Source: the human T2T-CHM13v2.0 reference genome, Homo sapiens. From it: DNA of 64,000 bases. The stretch is from NCBI RefSeq assembly GCF_009914755.1, contig NC_060928.1; one strand, 5' to 3'. Positions 33,774-53,221 of the stretch are shown here, in pieces (the stretch's first letter is position 1; each line of letters opens with the position of its first letter). A program made the translations under genes and the position numbers. The notes under the pieces were generated by a model. That model worked only from the letters and a program-made list of their open reading frames with translations, ran no database searches and had not been told where the DNA came from.

Positions 33774-34007
33774 TAGAATTTTAAAATATAAGTAGAAGAG
33801 TAGATTTTTTTTTTTGGTAGTCCTCGTCATTTAAGTATTCTGGATAGTGGGAATAAAAGAGCTTAGAATTTTTCATCTTTGTCTTAAACTTTTAAAAAAA
33901 TGTAGCTTATATTAATTCTGCTTGTTTAAAAAGAATATACTCTTCATTATACTGAACCTAGGTAAGACAGCTGGTTTATATTTTGTTGCAATTAAAAAAC
34001 GTGAGCT

Positions 34008-34088
34008 GTGGTTGCAGTGAGCCAAGATTGTGGCCATTGCACTTCAGCCTGGCAACAGAGTGAGACTTGGCCTCAAAAAAAAAAAAAT
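34008..34088 (+). mobile_element. Alu 3' fragment
   Basis: ggttgcagtgagccaagattg...ctcaaaaaaaa. Confidence 0.85.
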
Positions 34089-34638
34089 AACATGAGCTGT
34101 GTTGGCACTTTCATTTTCTAAGAGTAGTTTTGGCTGGAGAAGTTTTCTTTCAGTACTTTCTTTTAGAAGGGAAATTTTCCTTTATAATTTAGGGTTTGTT
34201 TTTTTTTTTTCCAAGCCACCTTTTATAGAGCCCTTGTGGGTTATTTCATTTAATCCTTAGAATGTTTATAAATCTGGGCTTGTTCTCGGCTCCACCCACA
34301 GATAGGGACGCTGAGCGTGCATGAGTGGGCAGCAAGATAGCAGGTTATGGAGGGCCCAGCTCACCCCTTCTGTGGCTTGAGCCAATTTTATAGGGCACTT
34401 ACAGAGTCTTTTGAAATAGTATTTATTTTGAAGAAAAAGAAAAACAGTTTACTGAGTACTGTCTTATTGAGTCTGGAATTGTGAGAGGAATGCCACCTCT
34501 ATTTATTTAAAGCCATTGGCCTTTTTTGTTGTTTTGAGTAAGTGCTGCCCAAGGTCCTTCCAGGGCACCTGGATGAGCCTGCTCTGGAGCAAGCTGGCGG
34601 TAAGTGTTTACTGAGTAACTAAATGATTTCATTGTTAA

Positions 34639-34737
<99 letters not shown>

Positions 34738-34932
34738 TGAGATGCTGTTTTACCTTCAAGAAGGTGAAAGTGAGGCTTTCCTTGTGGAATTTCTCTAAAT
34801 GCATTCGTCATGTTTTAGATGTTTATTTCACAGTTTATATCATGAAAGTTATAATCTTGTCATATGGATTTAAGTCTAGTAATGTTGAGTTCTTTCTCAC
34901 TAGCTTTCCAAAATATCTTACCTAAAATTTAG

Positions 34933-35115
<183 letters not shown>

Positions 35116-35669
35116 TGAAGTACTAAAAGATACGAGAATGGAAAGAGAGGGAAGAATTCAAAGGATGTAGAGCAGTATTCCTGAATCTGAGCTCATTTCA
35201 GCCATTCTATTCTTAAACTATAATGAAAAAAAAATCCAAAAAAGTCTAAAATTATAATTAAAAAAACAACAAAATACTAACTGTCCATTGTAAAAAGTAA
35301 TGCACTTTCATTGTAAAAATTTTGGACTATAGAGAATAGTACTAAGAAGAAAAAAAAAATCACCTTCAATTCTGCTGCCACCTGGAGGTAATCACTGTTA
35401 ATATTTTGCTATATACTCTATGAGTTTCTTGTTCAAAATCAGGTCAAAATTACATGCAATTTTGTAATCTGACAATTTCCACTTAATATTTTATTAGCAT
35501 TTTCCTGTTATGAAACAGTAATTTTAGTTATGGGTCGTTGTTTTGCTATGCGGTTGGGATAAAATTTTATATACTTTTTTTGGCAATTACTTATTATACA
35601 TAAATGTTTGTGTATAGTTTTCTTTTTCTGAGAATTCCTGGAAGTTGAGTTACCAGGCCCGGCTTTGAA

Positions 35670-35957
<288 letters not shown>

Positions 35958-36161
35958 AGGCTTTAAATTTAAAACAAATCTTCTAATAGCTTTATGGAGG
36001 TTATAATTTACATTTCTTGAAATGTACTCACTTTGAGTGTATAGTAAACTCCAATTTTATCACATTTCTGTCACCCCAAATGTATCCTTGTGCCCATTTG
36101 CTGTAACCTCCGGTTCCTGCCCCAACTCCTAGGCAGCCACTCATCTATTTTCTGTCCCTTA

Positions 36162-36481
<320 letters not shown>

Positions 36482-36817
36482 TTATAGTACTGGGGTCATA
36501 GTATAGATGGACTTTTGCATTTGGCTTCTTTTACTTAATTGTGAGATTGGTTCTTGTTGTAGCATGTATCAGTAGTTTGTTCATTTTTATTGGCGAAAGT
36601 ATTCTATTATATGAATAATACCATATTTTATCTATCCATCAGATGGATATTATAGAGTTCATGTTTTGGCTAATTTATGAATTATGGTACTGTGAACATT
36701 TGCCTGCAAGATTTTGTGTAGACATGTCTTCATTTCTCTTGAGTAGATCACCTAGAAGTGGATTTTTAAATAATTTTGGTACTTACTGTGAAACTGCTCT
36801 TCAAAAACATACCATTG

Positions 36818-36980
36818 TTCCTTCCTTCCTTCCTTCCTTCCTTCCTTCCTTCTTTCCTTCCTCCCTTCCTCCCTCCCTTCCCTACTTCCCTCTCCCTTTC
36901 CCTTTCCCTTCCCCTTTTCCCTTCCCCTTCCCGCCTGCCTGCCTGCCTGCCTTCCTTCCTTCCTTCCTTCGTTTCTTTCT
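36818..36980 (+). repeat. (CCTT)n/(CCTG)n polypyrimidine microsatellite
   Basis: About 160 nt of ttcc, cctt, ccctt and cctg units. Confidence 0.95.
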
Positions 36981-36989
36981 ACATATACA

Positions 36990-37232
36990 CATTTTTTTAA
37001 ATTTCAATGGTTTTTGGGGTACAAGTGGTTTTTGGTTACATGGCTGAATTTTGGTTACATGGTGAAGTCTGAGATTTTAGTACACCTGTCACCCGAGTAG
37101 TGTACCTTGTACCCAATATGTAGTTTTTTGTCCCTCACCTTCCAGCCTTCCGCCTTGTGAGTCTCCAATGTCCATTATACCACACTGTATGCCCTTGCGT
37201 ACCCACAGCTCAGCTCCCACTTCTGAGAACAT
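36990..37232 (-). mobile_element. L1PB-type 3' end fragment
   Basis: ttttggggtacaagtggtttttggttacatgg...ggtgaagtctgagattttagtacacctgtcacccgagtagtgtac. Confidence 0.75.
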
Positions 37233-37276
37233 ATAGCAGAAACATGCCAAAGTATACTCCCACTACCAGAATGTGA

Positions 37277-37713
<437 letters not shown>

Positions 37714-37940
37714 TAATGAACAGAATTTAAGGAAAATATAAAAAAACGAAATAATCTTTGTAATCAAACTACTGAAAAGAAAACCAAAGTTACATTTTGG
37801 TGCATATTCTTTTTCATTTTCATCATTGTAATTTGCATTTCTTTGATTACTTGTGAGACACTCCTTTCATTTACTTAATAGGTTTATATGACTTGCCTAT
37901 TCAGAGATTTTGCAGCTTTACCATTTTCTGCAAATGATAG

Positions 37941-38249
<309 letters not shown>

Positions 38250-38726
38250 AGTAGTTACTTCTTATATTCTAGAAAAAATTCTACTCATGATCAAGTCTCC
38301 ATGAGGAAAGAGACTTTAATTGAAGATCATGGGGCTTGCAGACCAATATGATAAAATAGTTCATTGTTTCTAAAAGTATTACTGAGTGTTGATGGCAGAT
38401 ATGAACCCTTTTGTTTTTGTAGGAAAATGTTACCCGTATTCTCCATTTGAATTCAGTTTAGATTTGTTAGGAATCGCAGCTTAAGCTTTGCCATCTGGGA
38501 GTGTTTGGGACAGTTTTGCAGACAAAATTGCAAAAGTGCCTAAGGAATGCAGCTGGCATTCAGACCTGCTCTGTGCTCAGTACTCTGTGGACAGACACTG
38601 TTCAGCACTTGTTGATCAGAAGGTTTAGAAAGAGAACTTTCAAAGTTGGTTTTTAATTAAAGCATTTAATAGTGTAAATAGAAAGGGATTAAATTTTATG
38701 ACAGACAAAAGAAAGTACAGCACCCA

Positions 38727-39032
38727 GCTGGGCGTGGGGGCTCACGCCTGTAATCCAGCACTATGGGGGGCTGAGGTGGGTGGATCACGAGGTCAGGAGT
38801 TCAAGAGTTCAAGAACAGCCTGGCCAAGGTGATGAAACCCTGTCTCTACTAAAACTACAAAAATTAGCCGGGCGCGGTGGCAGGCGCCTGTAATCCCAGC
38901 TACTCAGGAGGCTGAGGCAGGAGAATCACTTGAACCTGGACGGCAGAGGTTGCAGTGAGCCAAGATTGCACCATTGTACTCCGGCCTGGGCCACAGAGTG
39001 ACATTCTGTCTCAAAAAAAAAAAAAAAAGAAA
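38727..39032 (+). mobile_element. Alu
   Basis: Long TSD aaaagaaagtacagcaccca (38707-38726 / 39033-39052). Confidence 0.95.
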
Positions 39033-39244
39033 AAAAGAAAGTACAGCACCCAGTTATGTCCGAGTGGGTGCATGAGAGTGACCCTGAGATTGGAGACAAC
39101 GCTGTCACGTGCTTGAAGAACGCCACCTGAGAAAGGGGGCGAGAAGTGGTGTCCGCTGGTAACCAGAGGTGTTGGCTTAGCCATCTGCAGGGAGGAGGGT
39201 GGTCTATCACAGGTGAGTTTCATCTACTTTCTTAAGCAAATTAA

Positions 39245-39457
<213 letters not shown>

Positions 39458-40232
39458 TGATGCCTTTCTTTAGGCTTTAATTGAAAACATTTTATTTTCT
39501 AGAAAAAAGCTTCAGCTCAGGATGTTTGAGTGTAGGTCAGTCCTTTGATAGGATATTATCATTTTGAGGATTGACCACACCACCTCTGTATTTAAGCTCT
39601 GCCACAATCACTCAGCTGTGACACTGTAAATCTCTTAATAGTTTATTACATTCCATGTGCTGACAGTTGTATTTTTGTTTGTGACACTTACGTATTATCT
39701 GTTAAAACATTTTCACTTTAGTTGTGTTACCTTTAAAGAGGATTGTATTCTATCATGCCTGTTGATTTTTTGGTGAGCGGGCTATTAAAGTCAGTGTTAT
39801 TTAGGGTTATCCACTAGTTCAGTGATTTGCGAGATTATCATTCACATTTATTGTGGAGCTTTTGAATATCGTGTCAAATGGCCACATATATCCCATTCTT
39901 ATCTGCTTCTTAGGTGAGTGGGACACAGTGCTTTAATGAAGCTATAATCTTCAGAATTCTAGCTTGCAGAGAAGATTGCAGAAGTGATAAGACTTGTGCT
40001 TTTTAATTTTGTCTTTTAAATGTTATTTTAAAAATTGGCTTTATATGATACTCTTTTTTTCTGCTGAGTAACAGTGTTTTACAAAACTTGGACTAAATGA
40101 CTTCTAAGCTTAAATGATCACTTGATGCTTTTTTTCTGAATTAGGAACTCAGCTTATCAAATATCAAAGTCATAATTCCTGAATAAATAACGTCTTTTTT
40201 CATGTAAAGACTGCTTTAAAAAACACATGGAA

Positions 40233-40544
<312 letters not shown>

Positions 40545-41485
40545 CATGGAGACATTTTTTTGGCCACCTTAATATTTCCCCTCAGATAATTTCCTTTGTT
40601 TAAACTCAGAACTGGCATTTTCTCTCTTGGAGAAGATTCAGGACAAATACTCCTTTAAGATAAGTAGAAGCAGTGAAAGAGGATTTGATTATCAGGAATT
40701 TGATAAGCTTAGAATAAATTGTTGCTTCTTAATGTCATTTCAGAAGATGAATATTTATTAATAGATGCCAACTGAGATATCATTAAAATTGATTACTAAC
40801 TACTACTTGGAAAAGTCTCCCAGTTCCAAACTTCAGCAGGCCTCTTGACAATTCAGCTGTGGTCAATTGGGTCTTGCGTGATAGATACAATGACCAATTG
40901 TGCAGCAGAGTGTGCTGCTTAGCTGCCTATTCTGTTAGCATTCATGTGTTAACTTAAAATCATAATCTCCTTAGTTTTGTTGAGTGTCTCCGTGGACAAG
41001 ACACTGTGAGGGATACAAAATCAGATTGGCTTTATTCAAACCACTGGGGTATTATAATTCATTTATAATTTATTTTATTTTTTGCCTTTTTTCCATGTGT
41101 TCTAAAGGAATTAGAGTTTGTATATAACTATAATGGGGGATAGAAATTGACATGTGCCATGAAGGGAATGCAAAAAAGTGCCGTGGGAGATGAGAAGTGG
41201 AGAAAGGAATTTCTTTTTTCTTGGAAGCAGGAATAACTTCATGAAGCATGTATTTCAACTTAAACAGATAGTAGGCAACGCTGTAAGGGGAGTATGGCTG
41301 CAGCAAAAGTGTTCGGGGCAGACTGGGAGGAAGGGAGGGAATAAATTCAGCCATTGTTATGGAATAATGATCAAAATTTATTTTCAGCCCGTTTCACTTA
41401 AAAGTTGAGACTGCTTAACTTTTTTTAATCTTTAATCTTAAACTTTTAAATGCCATTTGATCTTTGAAAATATATGTTTTAATAG

Positions 41486-41665
<180 letters not shown>

Positions 41666-41906
41666 TGACATTGTAATAGTTTTTGGTAGCTTGTATGGCC
41701 AGTTAGTTGTATGGTCATCTTACGGTGAGGTGCTTGTCTTACAGCTCTTACTTATCCATGAGGCTTGCTAAGAAATTGTGCTTCTGTGAAAAGAATCTCA
41801 GCTTACTCCAGGAATGTAAATGACTATGTTTTTTCTGATTATTAAAGTAATACACGCCCAAAATAAAAAAATTCAGCCAATTTAGGAAGACACAACAATT
41901 AAAATA

Positions 41907-42250
<344 letters not shown>

Positions 42251-42325
42251 TCAGAAGTTTAAAATGTCTAGATTATAATTAACTCAGTGACCTGGTAATA
42301 TATACTAAGGGAAAAATATTTATAA

Positions 42326-42703
<378 letters not shown>

Positions 42704-43069
42704 TAATATCCAAGAATCCAAGAATAATTAAATTATGTACATATGCTAGTATATAGTGTGATGCTTTGGAGAATTTTTAACAATATGGAGATGTATAATC
42801 TGGATTGTAATATTGAGTGAAAAAAGGCAGAATACAAACCTGGTGGGGGTATAGTCGGATTTCAGTTAAGAAAAATAATATTTACATATATACATTTCTC
42901 ACACTGGCAGATAATCACCAAGATAAATTTTGGGATTGTGGATGATTTTTTTCTTCTTTATATTTTTCAGATATTCTCAAATTTTCTAAAATGAGCAAGT
43001 ATAACTTTTGTTATCAGAAAAAAATAATATACAAAAGTAATGTTAATTTGCTGGTGACCAGGTTAAACC

Positions 43070-43367
43070 TTTTTATTTTTATTTTTTGAGATGGAATCTC
43101 ACTCTGTTGCCCAGGCTAGAGCACAGTGGCATGATCTTGGCTCACTGCAGCCTCCGCTTCCTGGGTTCAAATGATTCTCTGGCCCCAGCCTCCTGAGTGG
43201 CTGGAATTACAGGCGTGTGGCACCACACCTGGCTAATTTTTGTATTTTTAGTAGAGGTAGGGTTTCACCAGGTTGGTCAGGCTGGTCTCGAACTCCTGAC
43301 CTCGTGATCCACCCACCTCGGCCTCCCAAAGTGCTGGGATTACAGGCGTGAGCTACTGCGCCCAGCC
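43070..43367 (-). mobile_element. Alu
   Basis: Antisense Alu; flanking repeat acctttttatttt. Confidence 0.93.
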
Positions 43368-43849
43368 AGACCTTTTTATTTTATTTGACAAAAGAAATAC
43401 TTCCATGTTATAGAAGACTAAATATTGTTTGGGCTGTCTGCAGTATGGTCTTCCCTTGATTTGTTCAAAATATCGTAAACTTTGCTTATTTATTTTTATT
43501 GTGGCCGACTGTGTCGGGCACTGTTGTAGGCTTGGGATGGAAAAACAGGATTCCTGCCCTTAGGGTTTCTGCAGGCTGGTCAGGGAGACGATGTGGTAAG
43601 CTGGAGCTCAGCTCCTAAGGATGTGCAGGGGCAGTTGAGAGGCGGAAGGGTGGGAGATCATTCCAGGGTGTGGGCAGCACAGGAACCTCTCTTCATTGGG
43701 ATATAATTGCCATTCTGATAACACGTGTTTGAGGTGTCTAAAGTAGGAAGTTGTACCATGGTGGGACAGATATCCTGTGGTTATCATACACAGATCTCAG
43801 TTTTCTTCTCATTGTTTGTACTTTTTATAAAGGGTAACAGGAGATATAA

Positions 43850-44104
<255 letters not shown>

Positions 44105-45435
44105 TGATGGAATACTTGTTTCTGCTATATTAGCTGTGTGAGACTAGTGACAGGAGCTGTGGGAAATGAATGCCAAATGTTCTTAGGCATTGATGGGAAT
44201 TTCAGGGTGTGGTCTTCAAGTTCATTTAAGGGAATTTTCATATGCTGGCAAAAGGCTTTTCTCATTAGCTTGACTCTTTCCAAAATTATTTGCTGTGAAT
44301 TAGAAGTTTAGGAACCTTTTTTCACTTAATTGTGACCTAGCATACGAAATGGTGATGATTTAGGAACTACTGTTCTTGTATTAACAGCTTTTATTTAAAA
44401 ATGATTTTCCTCCAGTAGATGGCCCTACTAGCATCTGGGAAATAATTTCAAGTCTTCTCCAGCATTCAGGAATAGGCTTTCATTTTGTGTATCAATTACT
44501 GAGAATGATTTTGGTGACTCACATCACATTTGAGAAGTAAACCTGCAGATTTCTTGTGTGTGTCAGCAAATGACCAACTGATATTTGCTTGAAGTGGATT
44601 ACATTATCTGCTCTAGAATGATTGCTTTCCCACCTTCCTCACATACAGACTGAGCAGCTACGGTTTCTAATCATAGGTCTGGCACTAGACTTCACTTCTG
44701 GGCAACTTTGGCATTGGAGTAAAATGTATTAATTTAAAGAAAGTTAAAAATCCGTTCAAGTAAACATACAGTTCTAATACTTTTTACAATTTAAAATATA
44801 GATTTAAATGATAAAATAAAAAAGAAAATATGGGTAGACACCATAATCCTCGTTTCTGCATCTGTTCACAAGGGGTTGATATTTATGAGTTCTATTCTCC
44901 ATATCCATTCTATGTTCTCTTAATGCTCAGTCAGCACCTCAGGTGGTTGGAGTTCAATGCTTGGTAGTTTGACTTACACTGTCTTTTCTAGGGGATTGAG
45001 CCCTGGGTAGTCCTGCTTATTTGAGGTTGCAATTTGTCTTTCAATAACTTTTACTACAAGATATGGCGTGTTAAAGGATACCATTGGGGAACCAACATAA
45101 TAATATCAGGAAAACTAACCACGTCAGACCTGCCCCATTGTGTATCAAGTACACTATTTTTCCATAGTAATAAAGAGTTCACCCCAGCCAATTCTCTTTT
45201 ATTTTGTGCCTGTTTACTCAATGGCATTAACATGCCCAAATGTCTGGGTAGCTGTCTCATCTCCAGTTCAGCAGAACCATTGTCATATGCCCTAGTAAAA
45301 GCATTCCTTCATTGGACACTTAGGCCCCAATACTTTCATTCAGATCTACTACCTGATTTCATTTCTCAAATGATTTTTATGGAGCTCTGATTTATAGGAA
45401 AGATGTTAGTTGATTAAAAATAAAACAATTTCTGA

Positions 45436-45825
<390 letters not shown>

Positions 45826-46683
45826 TAGTCAAATTTCAGATGTTACCTATATGCATAAACACATGCAGTTGGCAGCTGTTCTGTGCTGAGTATTTTAAAG
45901 TAGCCTCTTCCCAATATAGCCCCTCAGTTAACTACAAGTAAACTCATTTTGAATTTCATTTTAATGGGCACCATATGCCAGTACTCCCTCGGGCACTGGG
46001 ATGTTAAGAAAGTATAATGTATGGACTTCATTCTCAAGTTGGTTTTAGATTAGAGGGGGATACACGTAAACAAAAGTGCAGTGGTCACACAGAGTGGCCC
46101 TAATCACTCTCCTTGGGCAGATTTATGGGCTGGTAGGAAAGAGCACAACACGGAGAGGGTGTAGCACCTTGGCGATGATAATGGAGGATGTGGCCAGCAA
46201 GGAAGACGGAGTCCATTGAAATTGATTTTGGGAGAAGTTGCCAATCTCCATGAAAGAATTGGGGCCTGTGCTATTTGCTTCAGGGGGCTATAGGAGAGTT
46301 TCGTGAAAGGGACTAAAAGATGAGTATTTTAATAAGATCATTCATCCAACTTGAACATGGGCTGGAGGAGAAGGTAGGGAGACTCAGGAGATTAATGTTG
46401 ATGCTAAGGCAAGATAATGGCTTTGGGACTGTAGGGAAGACACTGATTGTAAGAGAATGAAGGAGGCAGAATTGCCAGGCCTGGTTCACCAACTGAACTT
46501 CGGTTGTGAAGACAAAGAAACCTGGGATGACTTCACATCCTGGGCAGGTGTGTGGTGGTGACAGTCATGGAAATTGGGAACACAGATTTGTGCGGGAAAC
46601 ATCAGTTTCAGTTTGAGTTTGGCTTATCAGTTGAATATCAGGCACAGATGTCTGGCCAACTCTCAACATAGGGTCTTAAATGA

Positions 46684-46995
<312 letters not shown>

Positions 46996-47121
46996 TAATG
47001 ACTATGGGTTTCCAGACTACCTTTGTTTAGTAATCTGTCCCTTCTTTATTCTCTTTTTGCTTTAAATGAACAAAATTGCTCAGATTGTGACACTAAATTT
47101 AACATCAAAATGTGACCATGT

Positions 47122-47827
<706 letters not shown>

Positions 47828-48046
47828 TCAGAATTGATGTTCCTGGCCAAGTACCTCATTGCTGTCTCCTTAAATCTTGGTTAATGGCTACTGTCCTGGC
47901 TAGCATAGTTATGGAGCATTTCCATGGTTGTAGAATGTTCTGCCAATCTCAGGGACAGTTTTGCTTTTCTGTGAAGCAATAAAATCAACTTCAAAACAAA
48001 TGTTAACTATTTGTACAATGGATTTAAGATAGACCAGTTCACATAC

Positions 48047-48359
<313 letters not shown>

Positions 48360-48904
48360 TAAGATAGACCAGTTCACTTACTGTTTATATCTGATTACTC
48401 TCTCTTTGCCTTGTCTTCTACCTTTAAAAATCTCCCTACTAACTTCCCATTCTCCTTTAGCTGCCATCAGTCTTCTCCCTTCTCTGCAAACATCTCTGGA
48501 GAGTCCCAGCCTCAGCCCACAGAGCTTCCCACTGCTCTGAGGTGGACCTTGTTTGCAAGGCTTCTTTGGCTCTCTTGGCCTGGACCCTGTCTACTACTTC
48601 AGCCATCCTTCCTTAACCCCTGCTGGTGGTTTCTGTTGCCACACTCCATAGCAGCGTTTCCCGCCCAGATCATGTCTTTACATCTCTGGGCACTGCTCTG
48701 GTCCTGCCTGCCTTTCCCTCTTTGTATCCTGCAGGCTGCTACCCCCATCTTGAGTGTCCTCTTCAGTTGGCTTTCAGAGGGCCTCCTGGGTGTTCCCTTA
48801 CCCACTTGCCACTCCCCAGTCACTGGGTTCAGTCCTTCCTGCCCACCAGCACATGCTTTCTAGGCTCTGTCCTAGGCCGTCTTCTCTCTTTGTAGTCTCT
48901 GGGC

Positions 48905-49120
48905 CAGTGCTGTTCTAGAGAGTGGCAGAATTTTCTATAACCATGGCAGTGCTCCATAGCTATGCCAGGCAAGACAGTAGCCACTAAACACATATAGCTG
49001 TTGAGCCCTTGAAATGCAGCTAGTGTGACTGAAGAACTGAACCCCGATTCGGTTTAATTTTCATTAAATTTAAATTTAAATAACCTTATGTGGGTAGTGG
49101 CTCCAGTATTGGGCAGGGCA
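48905..49120. mobile_element. MER3-like hAT MITE
   Basis: gtagccactaaacacatatagctgttgagcccttgaaatgcagctagtgtgactgaagaactga...ttaaatttaaatttaaata...tagtggctccagtattggg. Confidence 0.7.
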
Positions 49121-49506
49121 GCCTGAGAGTCGGGGCTGTTCTCCTGTCTTCAGTGTCTAGATGAGGGACCTCAGAGGACCTGTCTCTGGAGCTGCAGTTC
49201 AATGTAGCCAGCTGCCCCGTGACACTTACATATAGCTGATTTGTGGATATGTCAGACACGGTGTGATGAGCTCAGCTTTCTGTCCTCCTCCCCACATCTG
49301 CCCCTGCCCCATTTACCCCACTTTGTGTCTTATCAAGCTAGAAACAGGTCACCACAAGTCTTCATTTCCACTCACCAAGTCTTTTGTTTCCCCTACTAAA
49401 TATTTTGCGAGAAGAAAGTGTGTACCTTTGTATTCACATACATGTACATGCACATATACATGCACATATGCAGGGGTCCCCAACCTCTGTTAAAAACCGG
49501 ACTGCA

Positions 49507-49864
<358 letters not shown>

Positions 49865-49910
49865 CTATCTCCTCTCAGGCCAGTGGTGGCATTAGATTCT
49901 CATAGGAGCG

Positions 49911-50341
49911 TGTATGAGTTCGTTCTCACACTTCTGTAAAGACATACCTGAGACATATAAAGAAAAGAGGTTTAATTGGCTCACAGTTCTGCAGGCTGTA
50001 CAGGCTTCTGTTTCTGGGAAGGCCTCAGGAAACTTGCAGTCATGGCAGAAGGTGAAGGGGAAGTAGGCACATCTTCACATGGCCCACAGGAAAAAGAGAG
50101 AAGGAGAGAGAGAGAGAGACAGAGAGAGAGAGAGAAAAAGAAAGATTGAGAGGGAGAGAGGAGGGAGAAAGGAGAGTGCCTGTAGGGGGAGTTGCTACAC
50201 AAAGGAGCACCAGGGGGATGGTGCTCAACCATTAGAAACTACCCCCATGATCCAATCACCTCCCACCAGGCCCCACCTCCGACACTGGAGATTACAATTC
50301 AGCATGAGATTTGGGTGGGGACACAGAGCCAAACCATATCA
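49911..50341 (-). mobile_element. MSTA/THE1-type MaLR solo LTR nested in MER1B, with internal (GA)n tract
   Basis: tgtatgagttcgttctcac...aaagaaaagaggtttaattggctcacagttctgcaggctgtacagg...gccaaaccatatca; 5-bp TSD gagcg/gagca. Confidence 0.88.
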
Positions 50342-50689
50342 GAGCATGAACCCTATTGTGAACTGCACATTTGAGGGATCTAGGTTGCATGCTCCTTATG
50401 AGAATCTAATGCCTGATGATGATTTGAGGTGGAACAGTTTCATCCCGAAACCATCCCCCGCCAACCCTGGTTTGTGGAAAAATTGTCTTCCACAGAACCG
50501 GTCCCTGGTGCCAAAAAGTTTGGGGACCTCTGCACATATGCATGCACCTGTACATGGACACATAATACATGTACATATGCATACTTTATATTCTCTGCCA
50601 CTTCTGGTCCAGACTGATATACTATCTCATTTGGATTACTGCACTAGCCTTTTGTTTTGGAAACAGCATTTTTTAAAAAATTTAATTTA

Positions 50690-51149
<460 letters not shown>

Positions 51150-51449
51150 AGGAAACAGCATTCTTGAGATAATTCATATAATTCACCCATTTAAAGTATA
51201 TAATTCATTCTCTTTAGTATGCCCACAGAGTTGTACAGCCATCACCAGAATCAGTTTTAGAACCCATAAAGGAACTCTGTACTCTTTACCCAAAACCTCC
51301 ATGCCTCCAGCTGCAGGCAGCCACTAACCTGCCTTCTGTCTCTGTGACTCTACGTCTTCTGGACATTACTGTGGATGGGCTCATACAGTCAGTGAGCTTG
51401 TGACTGGTGCCTTCTACCAAGCAGGGTTTTCAGTGTAGCAGCCTCTCTG

Positions 51450-51702
51450 TTTTTCTTTTTTTTTTAAATTGTGACGGAACTTCTGCCTCCCGGGTTCAAG
51501 CGATTCTCCTGCCTCAGCCTCCCGAGTGGCTGGGACTACAGGCCCATGTCACCATGCCTGGCTAATTTTTTTTTTTTTTTTTTTTAGTAGAGATGGGTTT
51601 CAACATGTTAGCCAGGGTGGTCTCGATCTCCTGACTTCATGATCCGCCTGCCTCGGCCTCCCAAAGTGCTGGGATTACAGGCGTGAGCCACCATGCCCGG
51701 CT
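51450..51702 (-). mobile_element. Partial Alu
   Basis: Antisense Alu lacking part of the right arm. Confidence 0.88.
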
Positions 51703-51794
51703 AACCTTTCATTTACTGTCTGCATTTCTTCCCTGATGCCTTCCAGTCCATGCACCCGATTGTAGCCATTCATCCTATTATGGTTTAAGGTGAC

Positions 51795-52100
51795 TGTCTT
51801 AGTCAGCATGGGTTGCCATAACAAAATACCATAGCCTGGGTGGCTTCAACAACAGAATTTACTTCTCACACTTCTGGAGGTTGGGAAGTCCAAGATCCAG
51901 GACTTTCGCCTTGCCCTCATGTGGTGAGGGGGTGAGGAAGCTCTGTGGGGCCTCTTATATATGGATGCTAATCTCATTCATGAGGGGTCTGCCCTCATGA
52001 CCCAGTCACCTCCCAAAGGCCCCACCTCCTAATACCATCACCCTGGTAATTAAGTTTCAGTGTATAAATTTGGGGGACTATAGACATTGAAACCATAACA
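51795..52100 (-). mobile_element. MaLR LTR (MLT1A/MST-type)
   Basis: tgtcttagtcagcatgggttgccataacaaaataccatagcctgggtggctt...cccaaaggccccacctcctaataccatcac...accataaca. Confidence 0.8.
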
Positions 52101-52392
52101 AGCACTTTTCTAAGATCAGGGAGTGAGTAAGTAGCAGAGCTAGGACCTCAATTCCACATGTCAGTCATCTTGCCTTCACTCTGCTCCATGATGGCTGCCT
52201 CCTAGAGCATTGGGAGTCTCGATGTTCTATATGCTCTCATGTGTTGTGTATTGGAGATAGTTGAGGCTTTATGAATACATCTGGATTTGTTGACTTCTAG
52301 CTTTGCTGGTAACCAGCTGTGACCTTGAATAAGTTACTTCATCTCTGAGCCTGTTTCCTCTTTTAGAAACAGGAGTTTAAAATGCTGCTTTG

Positions 52393-52683
52393 GGTTGGGC
52401 ACGGTGGCTCATGCCTGTAATTCCAGCACTTTGGGAGGCTGAGATGGGAGGATCACTGGAGCTTGGAGTTCGAGACCAGCCTGGGCATCATAGTGTGAGA
52501 TCCTGTCTCCTCAAGAAATTAAAAAATTAGCTGGGTGATGTGGCGTGTGCCTGTGGTCCCATCTACTCTGGAGGCTGAGGTGGGAGGATTGCTTGAGCCC
52601 AGGAGGTTGAGGCTACAATGAAATATGATTGCACCCCATCCTGGGTGACGAGTGAGACCCTGTCTCAAAAAAGAAAAAAAAAA
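52393..52683 (+). mobile_element. Alu (AluJ-like), next to a MIR fragment (about 52270-52385)
   Basis: TSD aaaatgctgcttt. Confidence 0.92.
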
Positions 52684-53044
52684 TGCTGCTTTGTACCCCT
52701 TTCATGTCATGGCGTCATGGCCAACATAGAATGCCCTGGTTGTTTGCTGTTGGAGGGCATGGGCCTGGGGGCTCCCTGAGGGCTCCTTCCATCTTCAACT
52801 CATTCTCTGTGCACCTGTTAGGAAGTTGTGGGCCAGTCCCTACCATGTATCATTGTGTGGGTAAAAGTAAATAAAATGTGTACAGTGTCTGAACTGTACA
52901 TATCAGGGTCCAAGAACAAAATGAGTGACATGGGTTAGCTCTTTTTAATAAATGGTAAAACCAAATATTCTAATTTTCAGTTTTGTTATACTTCCATCAC
53001 ATGTTTTTGTTTTTTTGTTTTTTGTTTTTGTTTTTCTATTTTAG

Positions 53045-53221
<177 letters not shown>

